64,000 nt of DNA from Eledone cirrhosa (taxonomy: Eukaryota). The position numbers and the translations under genes are program-made. How positions within the stretch are numbered: position 1 is the first letter of the stretch; each line of letters starts with the position of its first letter. Of the stretch, positions 34,600 to 46,600 are shown in pieces. The notes beneath the pieces are model-generated. The model was not told the DNA's origin. It ran no database searches and saw only the letters and a program-made list of their open reading frames with translations. The DNA is taken from contig OZ024762.1 in the NCBI GenBank assembly GCA_964016885.1, positions 6,386,001-6,450,000 of the forward strand. Direction: 5' to 3'.

Positions 34600-37500
34600 C
34601 TGGAATAAACAAAAGAGAATAATGACATACAGAAAAATAGCACTACTAGGCACTGCACACGTTACAAAGAGTACCCCAGGACTTGCATATACAACATACA
34701 GAAAAATAGCACTACTAGGCACTGCACACATGTTACAAAGAGTACCCCAGGACTTGCATATACAACATACAGAAAAATAGCACTACTAGGCACTGCATAC
34801 ATGTTACAAAGAGTACCCCAGGACTTGCATATACAACATACAGAAAAATAGCACTACTAGGCACTGCACACATGTTACAAAGAGTACCCCAGGACTTGCA
34901 TATACAACATACAGAAAAATAGCACTACTAGGCACTGCACACATGTTACAAAGAGTACCCCAGGACTTGCATATACAACATACAGAAAAATAGCACTCCT
35001 AGGTAGTGCTTACATATTATGAAGTGTATTCCCAATACAATAGAACTATTAACACTCTACATATCCAAGACACACAGAACAATAAAAATAAGACAATAAT
35101 AATTGTTTCTACTTTAGGCACAAGGCCAACAATTACTCCAGTGCATTACTGGTACTTTATTTTATTGACCTCGTAAGGATGAAAGGCAAAGTTAACCTCA
35201 GCGGTTACACACACATACACATATATACATCATCCCCATCATTTAACATCCATTTTCCCTGCTAGCTATATATATATATATATAATTATATAAATCAACA
35301 AAGAAGAATACATTAAAAATCTTTATCCGCTGACAATGTTTTCATTGGTTCAAGGATGCATTGAAGGAGAACTTGAAGAATTTAGGAATTGATTCCAGAG
35401 ACATGGAAAGTCTCATTGTGAATCGCTCTACTTGGCATTCAAAAATATGGGATGGTATGAAAACCTTTAAGCAAAACAAGCTAATGCAAGTAAATATTAA
35501 GAATATAAGAAAAAAAAACAGCCACCCAAGGGAACATGAAATTAATAGAACTTTCTCTACTTGTAAAGTTTGTGGCAAAATCTGCCTTGGAAATGTAACC
35601 TTATTACATAAAGATGCTGTCTGATGATGTAGTGTCACCAGTTGAATGATTGAATCATCACATAGCTCCGATTGCCATTGAAATATGTATCACAGTTTAA
35701 TAGCTCTGATTGCCATTGAAATATGTATCACAGTTTAATAGCTCTGATTGTCATTGAAATATGTATCACAGCTTTATAGCTCTGATTGCCATTGAAATAT
35801 GTATCACAGCTTTATAGCTCTGATTGCCATTGAAATATGTATCACAGCTTTATAAATAAAGGATTTTTAAACATCTACTCTGAACTTCGCAATTGTTTGT
35901 CACAGACAGACAAATTATATTTGAAAGAAAATACATGATGTTGAGTGCTTAAATCTAATTGCATCATTATTCACTGATTGGTGTGTTGTATATGCAACCC
36001 CAAGTAGACATGTTTACCTAAGTATCATCAGGCTAGCATGAGTTAGATGAGTTGTCCTATTGTGAGACAAGCCAGATCAGGTGACTATGTCGTGACTTTA
36101 CAAGGCTGATTTTGGTTTGATGCCCATCCTAACAGTAAATTTAGTAGCGAAATCAAGCTTGTATGAAACCACATTTGGGATATATATATAAAACTATATA
36201 TATATAAAACTATATACATATAAAACTATATAAAATGCTTACCATTACTATGGAACTTCCATTTCCAATTGCAGCATCACACAGCCTTCCTTTCTTCCAA
36301 AGCTGTGCTAAACTGTCCATCATGTGATACTGATGTTCAGCTACAATATGTACTTTCTTAGACTGGCCTGCTGCTGTGTACTCCACCAATGGAGAAACTT
36401 CTTCGTCTTCTTCATGTTGTGAATATTGAGGTTCAGGCTCTATATATGCCAGTTTTTGTTGAGGGTAGTCATCTTCATGTTCTAAATACTGTACTTCCTC
36501 TTGTGGACAGTGATAGTCTTGTTGTGAATAATGCAGTGTTTGTTGTGAACACTGAGTTTCTTGTTGTGAACTCTGAACATCTTGTGAATACTGAAGATCT
36601 TGTGAACTTTGAAGATCTTGTTGTGAATACTGAACTTGTTCTTGTGAATATTGAGCTTGTTGTGAATACTGAACTTGTTGTTGTTGTTGCTGTGAGCCTG
36701 GAGGATCTTCTTCATCATCTAATAACGGAACTGAATTCTCAGGAATTGTCCTGTAAATAAAACGTAAATTCATCTTAATAGTTTCTGAAAAAAGATATAC
36801 TCTTCCTCTTCCTTCTCCTAATCATCATCATCATTGGTGGTGAATTGGCAGTATCGGTAGAGGGTCGGACGCCATGCTTTGACGCATAGAGTTACGGCCC
36901 TTGCCATTCTGAGTTCAAATCCCACCGAGGTTAACTTTGCCTTTCATCCTTACGGGGCTCGATAAAATAAAGTACCAGTAATGCACTGGGGTAATTGCTG
37001 GCCTTGTGCCAAAAGTAGAAACAATTATTATTATTAACATGGCTTAATGGTTAGAGCATTGGCCTTGCAATCGAAAGGTTGTGAGTTCAATTCTCAGGCA
37101 GGATGATGTGTTGTTTCCTTGAGCAAGACACTTTATTTCACATTGCTCCAGTTTACTCAGCTGTAGAAATGAGATGATAGAGACTGGGGTCCATATCATT
37201 CCACTGTAAAGTGGTCGTGGAGGTGCCATGGCAAAAAAGCACCCAGCACTCACTGTAAATGAGGTTGGTGTTAGGAAGGGCATCCAGCTGTAGAAGTCAA
37301 GCCAGAATCAGTTCCTGTCCGACCCTTGCAAGCAGGGAAAAGCGGACGTAAAATGATGAAAAGAAGGTGAAGGTGAAGCCACGCTTCATATTGGCTCCAG
37401 GTTTTTTCAACTGTTTACATTTATTTTGACTGTCTCTAACCCTTTATTCAAGTTTTAAACTTGATAAGAATTTAGAGCAAGTGACCCACCTAACACAGGT

Positions 37501-38688
37501 GGGTCACTTGTAATAATACGACACCTCTTGGTGGGGTGTTGTCTTTGAAAAAATTTTACAATCAACATATCTTTTAAAGAACGTTACCACTACAGAGAGT
37601 GAGAGTGTGAGAGAGAGAGTGAGAGTGTGAGAGAGAGAGTGTGAGAGAGAAAGTGAGAGAGAGAGCTGTAAGATAACATAGAGAGAGGGAGATGTCATTG
37701 TCAACAGTTCAACAAGACAGCGTTCTAGTGAAGGCAACTACTACAGAAGAAAAAAAAACAATATTGTTTTAAATGATATTGTTTTACAATTAAAACAGTC
37801 AAGTGGTTCTGACAGGAACAGCAACAACAACAACACCATCAATAACAACAGCATCAACGATAAGATTGAGAAAGATAATAACAACAACAGCCACAACAAC
37901 AAAGAAACACAATCCACAATGAACAATAGCACCCAGAAAATTTCTTTCGCTGGTGCTATCAAGTCATCCTTCAGAAAACTAAACTTTTCTGAGGATGAAA
38001 TAGGAAAAGCAAGGAGTCTTGTTGAAAACAATGGCCATATTGTCAGTCTCAAGACTCCTTTGGAACCGATCCAACATACGGTACGTCGAACTGTGACATA
38101 CCATATTATTGGATTAAAAAGCAAAAAGATTGACAGAGCTACAGAACCTTAGATTCAAAAGGCTCTGGGGCCAGTCTGGGCCCCAAAAATTTACATTCAA
38201 ATGAGCAGGGGTTTTGGCACAGTAAAGGTTAGATTTAACATCAAAGAAGAGGAAAAATCTAACTCTCTCAAGCCCCTACAAAATGATGAAATTATGCTCA
38301 TCCCATTCTACTGTGAAATGAGATCAGTAAGAATTAAAATTAAACAAATACCACTGGAAATAGACATTTCTTGGAGGACAATGTGGTACAAATACTTTGT
38401 TGTGTTTAGCCATATTGCAGTGTTTTGATGGTCTTATTCGTGCCACTCACAAATCTGGTACTTATTTCATCCCTGAGAAATATAGAAGTATTTAGTTACC
38501 AAATTTGAATCGGTTTCAGGATTCCATCTTGATTGAAGAAGTCAGAGTTCAGTTGGGATTCTTTGACATGGCTCAGATTAACACCAGGGAAGGAAGATTC
38601 TTTGCTGCCAATTTTAGAAAATGAAAGCTTGTTCAACTCATCATGGCTTAATATTTGGGCAGGATCAAATTTTGGTCTTTTGTGCTGT

Positions 38689-38726
<38 letters not shown>

Positions 38727-40224
38727 AAAAATAGAGTATTTAAACATGTTATTAGCTATAGAGTAACTGGAACTTAGTTCTCAGGGAGATTACAAATAAA
38801 TAAATAAATATAGCAATCTATTGTGGTATATATTTAATATATAGTAATCTATTGTGGTATATATATTTGTCTGTTTCAGATGAGCAGTGCAGCCAAATCC
38901 TGTTCCATTCTGTCGTTTGGACTTTCCTGTTTTAAACTACAGCATGTTATATCAGCAGAGCAGACAAGTGCAAGCATATCTCAGATGTTCCCCCGCAAAA
39001 CCATGAAGGCCAAGGAATGGAATTAAATTGTCCAAACCTACGACATTGCTCTTCTCTGTAAAGATTTCACAGCCCTAGCATCATTCTTTTATAGTCAGCC
39101 TATAAATTTTCAGCTGACCCTCATACATCGCAACTAACCATATTTAGTGGCCATATTGCTACCACCACATGCACCGGCCCATTCTCTAGCAGAACAGCTT
39201 TGCCTCACATTTGAATTCTTCAAAACAAAGTATTCAGTTACCTTGTGTTTGTAGAGGATATGTTTATCCAGATGGATCTTCTGTCGGAAGGAATTGGAAC
39301 AAAACAGACATTTAAACGCTCGAACATCTGAGTGGATTGCCAGGTGACGTTTTAGGTTGCTGCTTGTTGTGGCTTTGTAGTTACATTCAGTGCAGCAGTG
39401 GCGTCTGATACCTAGATGGTAAAATAGTAGTAGTAGTAGTATAGTAGCAGTAGTAGTAGTGGTAGTAGTAGTAGTAGTGGTGGTGGTGGTTTTGATGGTG
39501 TAGTAGTAGTGGTGGTGGTGATAGTGGTTTTGATGGTGTAGTAGTAGTAGTAGTGGTGGTGGTGGTGGTAGTGGTAGTGATGTTGGTGGTGGTAGTGATG
39601 GTAGTGGTTTTGATGTAGTAGTAGTGGTGGTGGTGGTGGTGATGGTGGTGGTGGTGGTGGTGGTGGAGATAGTGGTGATGGTAGTGGCAGTGGTGATAGT
39701 GTTGTTGTTGGTCGTAGTGGTAGTAGTAGTAGTAGTAGTAGCACCAAAGGTAGTAGTAGTAGTAGTAGTGGTGGTAGAGCACATAATAAAATGAAAAGGA
39801 AGTAAATATTGCAGCATAGATATTTCATTATTTCTTTATATATATACATACACATACATATACATACATACATACACATACATATATGTATTCATCTTCT
39901 TGCTCTTGCTCGATGAGACTGGGACCCCCTTAGGTCAGTGACCCCAAAGACATCATCACGTCGACCAAATCCACCAGTACTCCCCATTGCTGGCAGTCAC
40001 GTGCCAGCCCCTCTGCATCATCCTAGATGGCATCAAGCCTCTGGATATCTTCCTTGGTGACTTCCAGCCATCTGGTGCAGGGCTTTTTCCAGCCTTTAGC
40101 TGCTTTGATGAACGAGAGTAAGAGAATCAGCCAGAGCCCATCTCATCCACCCACACGCAACTCTCAGCACTGCTATAGAGCCATTGGAACTGGGTGGTGA
40201 TCTTGGGAGGCAAGCCAATGAGCT

Positions 40225-40265
<41 letters not shown>

Positions 40266-40598
40266 TCATCATCATCATCGTTTAACGTCCATATTCCAGG
40301 CTCGCATGGGTTTGGACGGGAATTTTCCCACTTGAGGCAAGATTGGTTGTCCTGCTCGTATAGGACTGTCTGGCGGGTTATCTACGGCTGGATGCCCTTC
40401 CTAACACCAACCACGTTTACAGTGTGGACTGGGAGGTTTTTACCGTGTTACCTACACGGCCACATTACAGCGTGGACTGTGTGTTTTTTTGTTGTGACAC
40501 CTACACGACCTCATTTGTTTCGGGCTGGATGTTGTGGTACCAACATGTATATATATATATATACATAATATATATACATATATATATATATATGCATA

Positions 40599-40681
<83 letters not shown>

Positions 40682-43600
40682 TATATCAAGTAAGTATGTT
40701 TTGAAACAGTGAGCAGGTTTGAAATTAGAAAATAGAATAGCTTTCACCGTATTTTTGACTAAAGGAATTTTAGCCTGATAATGGGGTTTAGAACCCTCAG
40801 ATAAATGGAAAAAGATGAGTATTGACGTATATATAAATACAAAACCACACTATAACTGCATCAAATGAAAAATGAAAGTGAGATGATTTAACTTTCATAG
40901 GTGAGTCTATGGCAGGACTAGAGAAGAAATTCCAAACCTGGAAACATGGCCTCACAAATTAGGCATAAGAGGGATTGCAGATTTACTAGAGAGGAGATTG
41001 TGTTGGTATGGTCATGTGATACGTATAAAGGATGACAGCTGTATAAAAAAGTGCAGGGCGATCAATATATTGATATGATTCCTGGTTAACTTTCCTGGAG
41101 AACTTTCTGGCATTGGATCTCAGTGTTACGTCCTTTTTCCTTAGATAATGCCTCCAAGGAAGAGATCCGCCATTGGTCAAAAAACAGCGAAAGCTGAGAG
41201 AGGGAAAAGAAGAAAAGCAAATGAATCGTCAATGGAGGCTGCAATTAGACGATCGGAAGATGCTGAATGTAAAGCTACTTCAAGAGTGTTAGAAAACTAC
41301 AACCAGCGTTGTATTTAAGATATAGGTTATTTATGTACTCCAGATGGTCATGGGCACTTTCATTTTTCCAGATATTGATTATAGGGGCCCCCCGGGGGCA
41401 GATAACTCCCTTTTAACTGCTTCCTTGGAATCGTCTGAAGCACTGCAGTGCAATGCAACAAAACGTCATAACTTCTGGAGTTTGCAGCCGGTTTTCTCCA
41501 AACTTGACACATGGGCTATGCATGTTCTACAGATGAATTTGAACACTCAGAATTGGCACATGTTGAGTAGGGGACCCTTGGGGGCAGGAACCCCCTTTTG
41601 GAAAAAGCTGATGATTTTGTACAAGTATACTTTTCGAAGCAGCACTGAACTATTGACCTGAATGCTATTTAATACCCAAGCAATACCTCTGCTAGTATAT
41701 ATATATGTATCATCATCATCACCGTTTTACATCTATTCTTCCACGCTAGCATGGGTGAGACAGGTTGTCCTGTTGTGGGCAGTGCCAGGTCGGGTGAACT
41801 TCTTGCTACTGAGGCAGCGGGATAGACAGATGGTGTCAAATACCAAGGCATACCCCGGGGAAGAATGTACCCCACATCCACCCATGTTATCTATGCCCTC
41901 CGGTGTTCCCTTTGCGGGTCTTTATACATCGAACAAACAGGACACAGTATGGCAGACCGTTTTGCTGAGCATTTGAGGGACATACGACTCGTTTTGGATA
42001 CTCCTGTCGCCCGTCATTTCTGTTCTTCTGGTCATTCTTTCCTACACATCTCAGTCCTGGGTGTCCTTTTACATCATGGATCACAAACCTCGTGCACCAG
42101 GACTGAATAGAATCTGATTCACCGCCTTGGGTCCTATTCCCCTCTTGGACTCAACTCACCTCCCCAATTTCTTTAATACCTCGTCCATTATAACATGCAC
42201 TTGTACATTTACCCCTAGATTCCTATCTCATGATTATAAACAACTAATACATGCTGACTATATATGCACACTCCACTTTTCCCTTCACAGCTCTGTATAC
42301 ACACATACACACCCTAATATTAACATACTTTTGCTCATAGCTTCGTACTTACATGCACACACACATTTCTTCTTAGCTTCATACGGACATATAATAACAC
42401 ACACAAACACATGCTTATGCACTTGCTCAAGTATAGCTCTTTTTACAAAACGGTAGACGCGCTCCATCATCCACTTTTCTAAAAAATAATCATACACAAA
42501 ACGCCAGCACCAACAGTTTTGCAAGAGATGTCAACATGAATGAACCAGTTATTTTTATCTAAAGACATTTTTTCCAATTCCATCCAGCCCGTCCCTTCAA
42601 TCTATCTTATTTCTCATTCTTCCTTCTGATGAAGGACTAGCGTACCTCTGAAATATGTATAATAAAATATACTTGATCACAAGATATCTATATTGTTAAT
42701 ATTTTGAATTAATAACTCTGGAAAACATTTTTTCCGTTGAGTGCTTCCAATCTATTGTAAAACTCATTCTTTGATGTATTCATTGAACCTTAACTTTTAA
42801 ATATATATATAAATATATGTATATATACACACACACATATATATATATATATAGTGAAGGTATGCATCTTACTGGTTAGGCTATTTAGCTGGTAAAAATA
42901 AGTTGTACCTGTAAATTGAAGGGCCAGCCTTGACACATTCTGTGTCACACCAAATCTCTCTAAGAACCACGTTAAAGGTACACGAAAAGGTTGTTCCATT
43001 GATCAAAACAACTTGAACACTTGTCATCATAGCTGACGAAGTACCATTTTATATATCTAGAAGGGTTGAGAGAACCCTTCAGTCGCGTCAAGGACATGAC
43101 AGCCTCTCCTGTGCACTAGTAGAATGTGAGACTGTACATAAGTGAGATGCAGATCCCTGGCCTGTCTGGGAGAGCAGTGGCCCTGCTTCAGTACTGTCTT
43201 GGTTTATGTAGACCCATCTAACCCTTGCTACCAGGGTAAGTGGACATTAAAATGATGATGATGGCATATATAGAGAGAGAATGTGTGTGTGTGTGTGCAT
43301 GAAAATTATGAAATTAAGAAAATATACAGAAAAATTTGTTTACCAACCTAAATGTTTATTTCTGTGTTTGTACCAGTTAGGTTTTCTATCAGTGGAATAT
43401 TTACACTTGTTACATTTGTAAAGTCCTGCCCTGAGCACTGGCTGAAGAGACACGGAGGGCTGCTAAACATAAGAAAGAACAAACTATAAGAACACACACC
43501 AATTTAACAATATTTACTCTCTTTTTTGTTACCATATTCCTAATGGAAAACACTGCCTAAGATGTTCAAATCCCTTTGAAAACAATCAATGATATCAAAG

Positions 43601-46600
43601 GGTTTCTCTCTCCATAGTAACGGAGGGTTTCTCTCTCACTCTCCATGGCAACAAAAGGTTTCTCTCACTTTCTATGGCAACAGATTTTCTCACTCTCCAT
43701 AGCAACATAGGGTTTCTTTCACTCTCCCTGGCAACATAGGGTTTCTCTCACTCTCCATGGAAACAATGTTTCTCTCACTCTCCATGGCAATGGAGAGTTT
43801 GTCTCACTCTCCATGGCAACAGAGCGTTTCTCTCACTCTCCATGGTAATACAAAGTCTCTCTCACTTTCATGGTAACGGAGGGTTTCACTTTGGAGGTGA
43901 ATATTACACCAGTTTCAGATTGACATGAAATTCATATTTCCTACTGTTTTTGGTGTTTTGAATAAATATTTCCTTCAAAACGGTAGAAAACTGGTAAAAA
44001 ATCATTAAGTAATGGGCGTTGTGAAACAAATACTATACTCTAAACGACACTTAAAATATTTTAAATATAAAAATATAAAAACTCATGTGAATTTCAGACC
44101 ATCTAAACATAATGTGTTGATTATCTAACTCGGTTTATAAACGGGGTTTGATCTTGGCCTATTTCTCAGACATAAAATAGGGAGTTGGCTTCTATTGAAG
44201 TATATGCAATAAATGACGTTTAAAGCTCACATCTATGTAGGTTTGGCTGGCCTCATATAAGGAGTTTTCTTGGGTGTTTTAATGTTGTTTAATGGGTGTC
44301 ATGTTGTTGTAAAAGCTCACACCTATTCAGGTTTAGCTGGCCTCTTACAAGGTTGTATCTCATAGGAGGCTTTTTGGGTGTTTTAATGAAAAGAGCTCCA
44401 GTCCTATCATATTGTTGGTTGTTACAGCTCACCCCTATGTAGGTTTAGCTAACCTCCTATGAAGTTTTATCTCACAGGTATTTTCATGAAAGGGGCCCCC
44501 AATCCTATCATGTGTGTCATAGTTCACACATCTATGCAGGTTTACCTGGCCTCATAAAACGTTTCTTGGGTGTTTTAATGAGGTCCTCAATCCTATCATG
44601 TAATTGTTACAGCTTATATGTATGTAGGTTTACCTGGCCTCGTATGAAGTTGCCTCTCATAGGAGGTTTTTTTAGGTGTTTTAATGACAAGGGACCCAAT
44701 GCTATCATGTTGTTATAGCTCACCCCTACGTCAGCATAGGTATTTCGATAATAAGGGCCGCCAGTGCTATCACGAAAAGGAACATGAAATGAAGCACTTT
44801 GTTCAAGAACACAATACAATGCCTAGTCCAGGAATCGAAATCACAACCTTATGATTGTGGGGCCAACACCCTAACCACTAGGCTACATACCTTCACACTG
44901 AAGATAAAATGACATTACCTTTTTAAGATTTTGTGTAGTTTTAAATAAGGTGGGGACTGCATCTTTGGTTAGACGAGTTGTTTGACCTGTTCTTTTGAAG
45001 CAACTTTGTTCAAAGTGATCTGAACACAACACTGCTGTTTCTGAAGGCCAATAATTCTTTTGTTTCATCTGGAGTAACCAACATTGCTGCAGAACTGCAT
45101 CTTTCGGAAACCTGGAGATTTCCAGAAAAAAGAAAAAATATATTTATTTATAAACATGAGTAATTGGTGATAGGGGGGGGCATCCAGCCATAGTAAACTT
45201 GCTAAACAAAACAAAGGATCAGGAAGACTTGTCAGCTGTATCAAAGATTGACAACTTCCCTAGTGTTAGAGTCATAATAAAAATGCTCCCAGTGCACTCA
45301 GCAGAGTGCAGGAACACATGTAAGCTAGATATGGCCCCTAGCATACCTGAGAGGTCAATGACTTTGAATAAGTACTGACTTAGTCTGTTACAACTCGTCC
45401 AAAACTTGCTAGTAGAGAAAACAGATGTTATACGATGATGATGATGATATGATAAGTATGTGTGAGTGATTTCTCCTTTATATTATTTTAATATTAAGTA
45501 GAGGCCTGCTGTGTGCATCCTGTTTAGATACACCATATCTCTGCATGTTGTAAGAGGCAAGTAAAAGGGCATCAAATAAGACTCCATGATGAGATTGAAG
45601 CTTGTCATGAGGCCCGACCACTCTTTCTCTATCACTGCCCTCTCAGCTGGGCCAAAAACATAAGCACCATAGTGTTGAAGTGTAGTAGTGCTGGTGCTAT
45701 GATAAAATTCACCCAGCACACACTGTAAAATGATAGAACTGGTGCCATGAAAAAATCACACAGTCCACCTTGTCAGGTGATAGTGGTGGTGGTATCATGA
45801 GAAAATGAACCTTGTACACACTGTGAAATGGTTAGCATTAACAATAGCATCTCGCCATAGAAATCATGCCAAAATGGACGATGTGAACAAGACGCAGTCA
45901 TCTGATTTGGCTGTCTAGCCTCAAGACATGATAACCCGTCTAACCTATGTGAGCATGAAAATAGATGTAAAATGGTGATATGTATTAGTGTATATGTATG
46001 ATTTAGTGTATGTGTGCGTGGATGTGTATATGCATTAGTGTATGTGTGCGTAGATGTGTATATGCATTAGTGTATGTGTGCGTAGATGTGTATATGCATT
46101 AGTGTATGTGTGCGTAGATGTGTATATGCATTAGTGTATATGTGCATGGATGTGTGCTCGTGCCTATTCTATCTATAATTACATGTATTAACATGTTCAT
46201 CTTTACTTCATCTTTTGGGTACAATATCTTTAATCAAAGACACTTCCTAACGCCAACCACATTTACAGAGTGAACTGGGTGCCTTTTTATCGTAATACCA
46301 AAATGATCAACTGACAGGTTAGACTGGGCGCTTTTTGTCATGTCACCATCATGACCACCTTACAGGGAGGGCTGAGTGTTCTTTCACCATCATATGTACC
46401 TAATATGGTGGACTAGGGGCTTTTGTTGTGTCACCAGCATGATCACCTTACTGAGTGGACTGGGAGCTTTTAGCCATTTTCGCAGCATTGTAGGGGAGTG
46501 TGTCCAGCTTCCATGCATGGGTTAGACAAGAAAGGTGTATCAGATGTGGAAGGTTAGAGGAGAGGAGGTGTGGAGCATGGCTTAGTGGTTAGAGCATTGG

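Noticed and set aside
34600-34731. N-terminal extension of the 445 aa ORF
   Set aside because: It is the intronic 71-bp tandem repeat upstream of a clear acceptor.
36389-36760. Plus-strand 123 aa ORF
   Set aside because: Antisense shadow of the repetitive exon 6.
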